From Auanema rhodensis (lineage: Eukaryota; Animalia; Nematoda), in NCBI GenBank assembly GCA_964057225.1, contig OZ059899.1:10540001-10604000 (forward strand): 64,000 nucleotides of DNA, given 5' to 3'. Positions within the stretch are counted from its first letter, which is position 1. Each line of letters opens with the position of its first letter. Below the pieces are notes generated by a model that searched no databases, was not told the DNA's origin, and saw only the letters and a list, made by a program, of their open reading frames with translations. The position numbers were made by a program, and so were the translations under genes. Shown piece by piece: positions 50,408-62,100 of this stretch.

Positions 50408-53400
50408 TAAATTTTTTTCATTTCACTTGTCATTTACAAAAATCAAATTTATCTTCTTCAACGATTATTTTTGCAATGTGTCATGAAAATTTCTTAATTG
50501 AACAAAACGTTTTTTGAGAAGTTTTTTTGTTGTCAACATATATATTTTCCTGGAATTCGAAAGCATTTGGGATGGAAATTAGAAAGAAAAGAACTAGTTT
50601 TTCCTACTTTAAAACAAACAATAAGAAATAAAATGAAAAAGATTGTTAGATATCCAATTTAAACTTATACATTTACTTCGATAAAGAGCCTATTAGTTTG
50701 AAATTTTATGTCTTACAGTTCTCCAACAGAACAGACTGATCCTGATTTCTCTATGATTACATAAAACTCTCGTTTGATATAAAAAAAGAAGAGGAATAAC
50801 GTTTCCAGGATGTCAATGATATCGAATCTAGTGATATTGTAGAAAAATGTAATGTCAGCTCCATAGGTTTTCTCTTAATTTCTCTCATCACAATTGTCTT
50901 AGTTTTTTTTCTCATAAGAGTTTCTGAAATCTTACGTGAACAAGGCCGTATATATTTTTTTCTGGAATTCGAAAGCATTTGGGATGGAAATTAGAAAGAA
51001 AAGAACTAGTTTTTCCTACTTTAAAACAAACAATAAGAAATAAAATAAAAAAGATTGTTAGATATCCAATTTAAACTTATACATTTACTTCGATAAAGAG
51101 CCTATTAGTTTGAAATTTTATGTCTTACAGTTCTCCAACAGAACAGACTGATCCTGATTTCTCTATGATCACATAAAACTCTCGTTTGATATGAAAAAAG
51201 AAGAGGAATAACGTTTCCAGGATGTCAATGATATCGAATCTAGTGATATTGTAGAAAAATGTAATGTCAGCTCCATAGGTTTTCTCTCAATTTCTCTCAT
51301 CACAATTGTCTTAGTTTTTTTTCTCATAAGAGTTTCTGAAATCTTAGGTGAACAAGGCCGTATATATTTTTTTCTGGAATTCGAAAGCATTTGGGATGGA
51401 AATTAGAAGGAAAAGAACTAGTTTTTCCTACTTTAAAACAAACAATAAGAAATAAAATAAAAAAGATTGTTAGATATCCAATTTAAACTTATACATTTAC
51501 TTTGATAAAGAGCCTATTAGTTTGAAATTTTATGTCTTACAGTTCTCTAACAGAACAGACTGATTCTGATTTCTCTATGATTACATAAAACTCTCGTTTG
51601 ATATACACAAAGGAGAGGAATAACGTTTCCAGGATATCAATGATATCGAATCTAGTGATATCGTAGAAAAATGTAATGTCAGCTCCATAGGTTTTCTCTT
51701 AATTTCTCTCATCACAATTGTCTTAGTTTTTTTTCATAAGAGTTTCTGAAATCTTAGGTGAACAAGGCCGTATATATTTTTTTCTGGAATTCGAAAGCAT
51801 TTGGGATGGAAATTAGAAGGAAAAGAACTAGTTTTTCCTACTTTAAAACAAACAATAAGAAATAAAATAAAAAAGATTGTTAGATATCCAATTTAAACTT
51901 ATACATTTACTTTGATAAAGAGCCTATTAGTTTGAAATTTTATGTCTTACAGTTCTCTAACAGAACAGACTGATTCTGATTTCTCTATGATTACATAAAA
52001 CTCTCGTTTGATATAAAAAAAGAAGAGGAATAACGTTTCCAGGATGTCAATGATATCGAATCTAGTGATATCGTAGAAAAATGTAATGTCAGCTCCATAG
52101 GTTTTCTCTTAATTTCTCTCATCACAATTGTCTTAGTTTTTTTTCTCATAAGAGTTTCTGAAATCTTACGTGAACAAGGCCGTATATATTTTTTTCTGGA
52201 ATTCGAAAGCATTTGGGATGGAAATTAGAAAGAAAAGAACTAGTTTTTCCTACTTTAAAACAAACAATAAGAAATAAAATAAAAAAGATTGTTAGATATC
52301 CAATTTAAACTTATACATTTACTTCGATAAAGAGCCTATTAGTTTGAAATTTTATGTCTTACAGTTCTCCAACAGAACAGACTGATCCTGATTTCTCTAT
52401 GATCACATAAAACTCTCGTTTGATATGAAAAAAAAAGAGGAATAACGTTTCCAGGATGTCAATGATATCGAATCTAGTGATATTGTAGAAAAATGTAATG
52501 TCAGCTCCATAGGTTTTCTCTCAATTTCTCTCATCACAATTGTCTTAGTTTTTTTTCTCATAAGAGTTTCTGAAATCTTAGGTGAACAAGGCCGTATATA
52601 TTTTTTTCTGGAATTCGAAAGCATTTGGGATGGAAATTAGAAGGAAAAGAACTAGTTTTTCCTACTTTAAAACAAACAATAAGAAATAAAATAAAAAAGA
52701 TTGTTAGATATCCAATTTAAACTTATACATTTACTTTGATAAAGAGCCTATTAGTTTGAAATTTTATGTCTTACAGTTCTCTAACAGAACAGACTGATTC
52801 TGATTTCTCTATGATTACATAAAACTCTCGTTTGATATACACAAAGGAGAGGAATAACGTTTCCAGGATATCAATGATATCGAATCTAGTGATATTGTAG
52901 AAAAATGTAATGTCAGCTCCATAGTTTTTCTCTTAATTTCTCTCATCACAATAGTCTTATTTTTTTTCATAAGAGTTTCTGAAATCTTAGGTGAACAAGG
53001 CCGTATATATTTTTTTCTGGAATTCGAAAGCATTTGGGATGGAAATTAGAAAGAAAAGAACTAGTTTTTCCTATTTTAAAACAAACAAAAAAAAATAAAA
53101 TGAAAAAGATTGTTAGATATCCAATTTAAACTTATACATTTACTTCGATAAAGAGCCTATTAGTTTGAAATTTTATGTCTTACAGTTCTCCAACAGAACA
53201 GACTGATCCTGATTTCTCTATGATTATATAAAACTCTCGTTTGATATAAAAAAATAAGAGGAATAACGTTTCCAGGATATCAATGATATCGAATCTAGTG
53301 ATATTGTAGAAAAATGTAATGTCAGCTCCATAGGTTTTCTCTTAATTTCTCTCATCACAATTGTCTTAGTTTTTTTTCTCATAAGAGTTTCTGAAATCTT

Positions 53401-53820
53401 ATGTGAACAAGGCCGTATATATTTTTTTCTGGAATTCGAAAGCATTTGGGATGGAAATTAGAAAGAAAAGAACTAGTTTTTCCTATTTTAAAACAAACAA
53501 AAAAAAATAAAATGAAAAAGATTGTTAGATATTCAATTTAAACTTATACATTTACTTCGATAAAGAGCCTATTAGTTTGAAATTTTATGTCTTACAGTTC
53601 TCCAACAGAACAGACTGATCCTGATTTCTCAATGATTACATAAAACTCTCGTTTGATATACAAAAAGGAGAGGAATAACGTTTCCAGGATATCAATGATA
53701 TCGAATCTAGTGATATTGTAGAAAAATGTAATGTCAGCTCCATAGTTTTTCTCTAAATTTCTCTCATCACAATAGTCTTATTTTTTTTTCATAAGAGTTT
53801 CTGAAATCTTAGTTGAACAA

Positions 53821-53893
53821 GGCCGCGTGGCGCAATGGATAACGCGTCTGCCTACGGAGCAGAAGATTGTAGGTTCGAATCCTGCCGTGGTCG
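53821..53893 (+). tRNA. tRNA-Arg(ACG)
   Basis: Identical 73-nt sequence; second trailer subfamily. Confidence 0.97.
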
Positions 53894-56071
53894 TAAATTT
53901 TTTTCATTTCACTTGTCATTTACAAAAATCAAATTTATCTTCTTCAACGATTATTTTTGCAATGTGTCATGAAAATTTCTTAATTGAACAAAACGTTTTT
54001 TGAGAAGTTTTTTTGTTGTCAACATATATTTTTTTCTGGAATTCGAAAGCATTTGGGATGGAAATTAGAAGGAAAAGAACTAGTTTTTCCTACTTTAAAA
54101 CAAACAATAAGAAATAAAATAAAAAAGATTGTTAGATATCCAATTTAAACTTATACATTTACTTTGATAAAGAGCCTATTAGTTTGAAATTTTATGTCTT
54201 ACAGTTCTCTAACAGAACAGACTGATTCTGATTTCTCTATGATTACATAAAACTCTCGTTTGATATAAAAAAAGAAGAGGAATAACGTTTCCAGGATGTC
54301 AATGATATCGAATCTAGTGATATCGTAGAAAAATGTAATGTCAGCTCCATAGGTTTTCTCTTAATTTCTCTCATCACAATTGTCTTAGTTTTTTTTCTCA
54401 TAAGAGTTTCTGAAATCTTACGTGAACAAGGCCGTATATATTTTTTTCTGGAATTCGAAAGCATTTGGGATGGAAATTAGAAAGAAAAGAACTAGTTTTT
54501 CCTACTTTAAAACAAACAATAAGAAATAAAATAAAAAAGATTGTTAGATATCCAATTTAAACTTATACATTTACTTCGATAAAGAGCCTATTAGTTTGAA
54601 ATTTTATGTCTTACAGTTCTCCAACAGAACAGACTGATCCTGATTTCTCTATGATCACATAAAACTCTCGTTTGATATGAAAAAAAAGAGGAATAACGTT
54701 TCCAGGATGTCAATGATATCGAATCTAGTGATATTGTAGAAAAATGTAATGTCAGCTCCATAGGTTTTCTCTCAATTTCTCTCATCACAATTGTCTTAGT
54801 TTTTTTTCTCATAAGAGTTTCTGAAATCTTAGGTGAACAAGGCCGTATATATTTTTTTCTGGAATTCGAAAGCATTTGGGATGGAAATTAGAAGGAAAAG
54901 AACTAGTTTTTCCTACTTTAAAACAAACAATAAGAAATAAAATAAAAAAGATTGTTAGATATCCAATTTAAACTTATACATTTACTTTGATAAAGAGCCT
55001 ATTAGTTTGAAATTTTATGTCTTACAGTTCTCTAACAGAACAGACTGATTCTGATTTCTCTATGATTACATAAAACTCTCGTTTGATATACACAAAGGAG
55101 AGGAATAACGTTTCCAGGATATCAATGATATCGAATCTAGTGATATTGTAGAAAAATGTAATGTCAGCTCCATAGTTTTTCTCTTAATTTCTCTCATCAC
55201 AATAGTCTTATTTTTTTTCATAAGAGTTTCTGAAATCTTAGGTGAACAAGGCCGTATATATTTTTTTCTGGAATTCGAAAGCATTTGGGATGGAAATTAG
55301 AAAGAAAAGAACTAGTTTTTCCTATTTTAAAACAAACAAAAAAAAATAAAATGAAAAAGATTGTTAGATATCCAATTTAAACTTATACATTTACTTCGAT
55401 AAAGAGCCTATTAGTTTGAAATTTTATGTCTTACAGTTCTCCAACAGAACAGACTGATCCTGATTTCTCTATGATTATATAAAACTCTCGTTTGATATAA
55501 AAAAATAAGAGGAATAACGTTTCCAGGATATCAATGATATCGAATCTAGTGATATTGTAGAAAAATGTAATGTCAGCTCCATAGGTTTTCTCTTAATTTC
55601 TCTCATCACAATTGTCTTAGTTTTTTTTCTCATAAGAGTTTCTGAAATCTTATGTGAACAAGGCCGTATATATTTTTTTCTGGAATTCGAAAGCATTTGG
55701 GATGGAAATTAGAAAGAAAAGAACTAGTTTTTCCTATTTTAAAACAAACAAAAAAAAATAAAATGAAAAAGATTGTTAGATATTCAATTTAAACTTATAC
55801 ATTTACTTCGATAAAGAGCCTATTAGTTTGAAATTTTATGTCTTACAGTTCTCCAACAGAACAGACTGATCCTGATTTCTCAATGATTACATAAAACTCT
55901 CGTTTGATATACAAAAAGGAGAGGAATAACGTTTCCAGGATATCAATGATATCGAATCTAGTGATATTGTAGAAAAATGTAATGTCAGCTCCATAGTTTT
56001 TCTCTAAATTTCTCTCATCACAATAGTCTTATTTTTTTTTCATAAGAGTTTCTGAAATCTTAGTTGAACAA

Positions 56072-56144
56072 GGCCGCGTGGCGCAATGGATAACGCGTCT
56101 GCCTACGGAGCAGAAGATTGTAGGTTCGAATCCTGCCGTGGTCG
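56072..56144 (+). tRNA. tRNA-Arg(ACG)
   Basis: Identical 73-nt sequence, 2251 bp after the previous copy; second trailer subfamily. Confidence 0.97.
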
Positions 56145-59100
56145 TAAATTTTTTTCATTTCACTTGTCATTTACAAAAATCAAATTTATCTTCTTCAACG
56201 ATTATTTTTGCAATGTGTCATGAAAATTTCTTAATTGAACAAAACGTTTTTTGAGAAGTTTTTTTGTTGTCAACATATATATTTTCCTGGAATTCGAAAG
56301 CATTTGGGATGGAAATTAGAAAGAAAAGAACTAGTTTTTCCTACTTTAAAACAAACAATAAGAAATAAAATGAAAAAGATTGTTAGATATCCAATTTAAA
56401 CTTATACATTTACTTCGATAAAGAGCCTATTAGTTTGAAATTTTATGTCTTACAGTTCTCCAACAGAACAGACTGATCCTGATTTCTCTATGATTACATA
56501 AAACTCTCGTTTGATATAAAAAAAGAAGAGGAATAACGTTTCCAGGATGTCAATGATATCGAATCTAGTGATATCGTAGAAAAATGTAATGTCAGCTCCA
56601 TAGGTTTTCTCTTAATTTCTCTCATCACAATTGTCTTAGTTTTTTTTCTCATAAGAGTTTCTGAAATCTTACGTGAACAAGGCCGTATATATTTTTTTCT
56701 GGAATTCGAAAGCATTTGGGATGGAAATTAGAAAGAAAAGAACTAGTTTTTCCTACTTTAAAACAAACAATAAGAAATAAAATAAAAAAGATTGTTAGAT
56801 ATCCAATTTACACTTATACATTTACTTCGATAAAGAGCCTATTAGTTTGAAATTTTATGTCTTACAGTTCTCCAACAGAACAGACTGATCCTGATTTCTC
56901 TATGATCACATAAAACTCTCGTTTGATATGAAAAAAGAAGAGGAATAACGTTTCCAGGATGTCAATGATATCGAATCTAGTGATATTGTAGAAAAATGTA
57001 ATGTCAGCTCCATAGGTTTTCTCTCAATTTCTCTCATCACAATTGTCTTAGTTTTTTTTCTCATAAGAGTTTCTGAAATCTTAGGTGAACAAGGCCGTAT
57101 ATATTTTTTTCTGGAATTCGAAAGCATTTGGGATGGAAATTAGAAGGAAAAGAACTAGTTTTTCCTACTTTAAAACAAACAATAAGAAATAAAATAAAAA
57201 AGATTGTTAGATATCCAATTTAAACTTATACATTTACTTTGATAAAGAGCCTATTAGTTTGAAATTTTATGTCTTACAGTTCTCTAACAGAACAGACTGA
57301 TTCTGATTTCTCTATGATTACATAAAACTCTCGTTTGATATACACAAAGGAGAGGAATAACGTTTCCAGGATATCAATGATATCGAATCTAGTGATATTG
57401 TAGAAAAATGTAATGTCAGCTCCATAGGTTTTCTCTTAATTTCTCTCATCACAATTGTCTTAGTTTTTTTTTTTCATAAGAGTTTCTGAAATCTTAGGTG
57501 AACAAGGCCGTATATATTTTTTTCTGGAATTCGAAAGCATTTGGGATGGAAATTAGAAAGAAAAGAACTAGTTTTTCCTATTTTAAAACAAACAAAAAAA
57601 AATAAAATGAAAAAGATTGTTAGATATCCAATTTAAACTTATACATTTACTTCGATAAAGAGCCTATTAGTTTGAAATTTTATGTCTTACAGTTCTCCAA
57701 CAGAACAGACTGATCCTGATTTCTCTATGATTATATAAAACTCTCGTTTGATATAAAAAAAGAAGAGGAATAACGTTTCCAGGATGTCAATGATATCGAA
57801 TCTAGTGATATTGTAGAAGAATGTAATGTCAGCTCCATAGGTTTTCTCTTAATTTCTCTCATCACAATTGTCTTAGTTTTTTTTCTCATAAGAGTTTCTG
57901 AAATCTTAGGTGAACAAGGCCGTATATATTTTTTTCTGGAATTCGAAAGCATTTGGGATGGAAATTAGAAAGAAAAGAACTAGTTTTTCCTATTCTAAAA
58001 CAAACAAAAAAAAATAAAATGAAAAAGATTGTTAGATATCCAATTCAAACTTATACATTTACTTCGATAAAGAGCCCATTAGTTTGAAATTTTATGTCTT
58101 ACAGTTCTCCAACAGAACAGACTGATCCTGATTTCTCTATGATTACATAAAACTCTCGTTTGATATAAAAAAGAAGAGGAATAACGTTTCCAGGATGTCA
58201 ATGATATCGAATCTAGTGATATTGTAGAAAAATGTAATGTCAGCTCCATAGGTTTTCTCTTAATTTCTCTCATCACAATTGTCTTAGTTTTTTTTCTCAT
58301 AAGAGTTTCTGAAATCTTAGGTGAACAAGGCCGTATATATTTTTTTCTGGAATTCGAAAGCATTTGGGATGGAAATTACAAAGAAAAGAACTAGTTTTTC
58401 CTATTTTAAAACAGACAAAAAAAAATAAAATGAAAAAGATTGTTAGATATCCAATTTAAACTTATACATTTACTTCGATAAAGAGCCTATTAGTTTGAAA
58501 TTTTATGTCTTACAGTTCTCCAACAGAACAGACTGATCCTGATTTCTCTATGATTATATAAAACTCTCGTTTGATATAAAAAAAGAAGAGGAATAACGTT
58601 TCCAGGATGTCAATGATATCGAATCTAGTGATATTGTAGAAAAATGTAATGTCAGCTCCATAGGTTTTCTCTTAATTTCTCTCATCACAATTGTCTTAGT
58701 TTTTTTTCTCATAAGAGTTTCTGAAATCTTAGGTGAACAAGGCCGTATATATTTTTTTCTGGAATTCGAAAGCATTTGGGATGGAAATTAGAAAGAAAAG
58801 AACTAGTTTTTCCTATTTTAAAACAAACAAAAAAAAATAAAATGAAAAAGATTGTTAGATATCCAATTTAAACTTATACATTTACTTCGATAAAGAGCCC
58901 ATTAGTTTGAAATTTTATGTCTTACAGTTCTCCAACAGAACAGACTGATCCTGATTTCTCTATGATTACATAAAACTCTCGTTTGATATAAAAAAAGAAG
59001 AGGAATAACGTTTCCAGGATGTCATTGATATCGAATCTAGTGATATTGTAAAAAAATGTAATGTCAGCTCCATAGGTTTTCTCTTAATTTCTCTCATCAC

Positions 59101-62100
59101 AATTGTCTTAGTTTTTTTTCTCATAAGAGTTTCTGAAATCTTAGGTGAACAAGGCCGTATATATTTTTTTCTGGAATTCGAAAGCATTTGGGATGGAAAT
59201 TAGAAAGAAAAGAACTAGTTTTTCCTATTTTAAAACAAACAAAAAAAAAATAAAATGAAAAAGATTGTTAGATATCCAATTTAAACTTATACATTTACTT
59301 CGATAAAGAGCCTATTAGTTTGAAATTTTATGTCTTACAGTTCTCCAACAGAACAGACTGATCCTGATTTCTCTATGATTACATAAAACTCTCGTTTGAT
59401 ATAAAAAAAGAAGAGGAATAACGTTTCCAGGATGTCAATGATATCGAATCTAGTGATATTGTAGAAAAATGTAATGTCAGCTCCATAGGTTTTCTCTTAA
59501 TTTCTCTCATCACAATTGTCTTAGTTTTTTTTCTCATAAGAGTTTCTGAAATCTTAGGTGAACAAGGCCGTATATATTTTTTTCTGGAATTCGAAAGCAT
59601 TTGGGATGGAAATTGGAAAGAAAAGAACTAGTTTTTCCTACTTTAAAACAAACAATAAGAAATAAAATAAAAAAGATTGTTAGATATCCAATTTAAACTC
59701 ATACATTTACTTTGATAAAGAGCCTATTAGTTTAAAATTTTATGTCTTACAGTTCTCCAACAGAACAGACTGATCCTGATTTCTCTATGATTACATAAAA
59801 CTCTCGTTTGATATAAAAAAAGAAGAGGAATAACGTTTCCAGGATGTCAATGATATCGAATCTAGTGATATTGTAAAAAAAAGTAATGTCAGCTCCATAG
59901 GTTTTCTCTTAATTTCTCTCATCACAATTGTCTTAGTTTTTTTTCTCATAAGAGTTTCTGAAATCTTAGGTGAACAAGGCCGTATATATTTTTTTCTGGA
60001 ATTCGAAAGCATTTGGGATGGAAATTAGAAAGAAAAGAACTAGTTTTTCCTATTTTAAAACAAACAAAAAAAAATAAAATGAAAAAGATTGTTAGATATT
60101 CAATTTAAACTTATACATTTACTTCGATAAAGAGCCTATTAGTTTGAAATTTTATGTCTTACAGTTCTCCAACAGAACAGACTGATCCTGATTTCTCTAT
60201 GATTACATCAAACTCTCGTTTGATATAAAAAAAAGAAGAGGAATAACGTTTCCAGGATGTCATTGATATCGCATCTAGTGATATTGTAGAAAAATGTAAT
60301 GTCAGCTCCATAGGTTTTCTCTTAATTTCTCTCATCACAATTGTCTTAGTTTTTTTTCTCATAAGAGTTTCTGAAATCTTAGGTGAACAAGGCCGTATAT
60401 ATTTTTTTCTGGAATTCGAAAGCATTTGGGATGGAAATTGGAAAGAAAAGAACTAGTTTTTCCTACTTTAAAACAAACAATAAGAAATAAAATAAAAAAG
60501 ATTGTTAGATATCCAATTTAAACTCATACATTTACTTTGATAAAGAGCCTATTAGTTTAAAATTTTATGTCTTACAGTTCTCCAACAGAACAGACTGATC
60601 CTGATTTCTCTATGATTACATAAAACTCTCGTTTGATATAAAAAAAGAAGAGGAATAACGTTTCCAGGATGTCAATGATATCGAATCTAGTGATATTGTA
60701 AAAAAATGTAATGTCAGCTCCATAGGTTTTCTCTTAATTTCTCTCATCACAATTGTCTTAGTTTTTTTTCTCATAAGAGTTTCTGAAATCTTAGGTGAAC
60801 AAGGCCGTATATATTTTTTTCTGGAATTCGAAAGCATTTGGGATGGAAATTGGAAAGAAAAGAACTAGTTTTTCCTATTTTAAAACAAACAAAAAAAAAT
60901 AAAATGAAAAAGATTGTTAGATATTCAATTTAAACTTATACATTTACTTCGATAAAGAGCCTATTAGTTTGAAATTTTATGTCTTACAGTTCTCCAACAG
61001 AACAGACTGATCCTGATTTCTCTATGATTACATCAAACTCTCGTTTGATATAAAAAAAAGAAGAGGAATAACGTTTCCAGGATGTCATTGATATCGAATC
61101 TAGTGATATTGTAGAAAAATGTAATGTCAGCTCCATAGGTTTTCTCTTAATTTCTCTCATCACAATTGTCTTAGTTTTTTTTCTTATAAGAGTTTCTGAA
61201 ATCTTAGGTGAACAAGGCCGTATATATTTTTTTCTGGAATTCGAAAGCATTTGGGATGGAAATTGGAAAGAAAAGAACTAGTTTTTCCTACTTTAAAACA
61301 AACAATAAGAAATAAAATAAAAAAGATTGTTAGATATCCAATTTAAACTCATACATTTACTTTGATAAAGAGCCTATTAGTTTAAAATTTTATGTCTTAC
61401 AGTTCTCCAACAGAACAGACTGATCCTTATTTCTCTATGATTACATAAAACTCTCGTTTGATATAAAAAAAGAAGAGGAATAACGTTTCCAGGATGTCAA
61501 TGATATCGAATCTAGTGATATTGTAAAAAAATGTAATGTCAGCTCCATAGGTTTTCTCTTAATTTCTCTCATCACAATTGTCTTAGTTTTTTTTCTCATA
61601 AGAGTTTCTGAAATCTTAGGTGAACAAGGCCGTATATATTTTTTTCTGGAATTCGAAAGCATTTGGGATGGAAATTAGAAAGAAAAGAACTAGTTTTTCC
61701 TATTTTAAAACAAACAAAAAAAAAATAAAATGAAAAAGATTGTTAGATATTCAATTTAAACTTATACATTTACTTCGATAAAGAGCCTATTAGTTTGAAA
61801 TTTTATGTCTTACAGTTCTCCAACAGAACAGACTGATCCTGATTTCTCTATGATTATATAAAACTCTCGTTTGATATAAAAAAAGAAGAGGAATAACGTT
61901 TCCAGGATGTCAATGATATCGAATCTAGTGATATTGTAGAAAAATGTAATGTCAGCTCCATAGGTTTTCTCTTAATTTCTCTCATCACAATTGTCTTAGT
62001 TTTTTTTCTCATAAGAGTTTCTGAAATTTTAGGTGATCAAGGCCGTATATATTTTTTTCTGGAATTCGAAAGCATTTGGGATGGAATTTATAAAGAAAAG

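Larger units (their letters stand above)
51800..57400 (+). repeat. Higher-order repeat: 2251-bp 5-mer (4 empty + 1 tRNA unit), ~2.5 copies; boundaries approximate
   Basis: 51991/54243/56494, 52815/55066, 53224/55475 and tRNAs 53821/56072. Characteristic markers are CTCTAACAG, GATCACAT and TTACGTGAAC. Confidence 0.88.
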
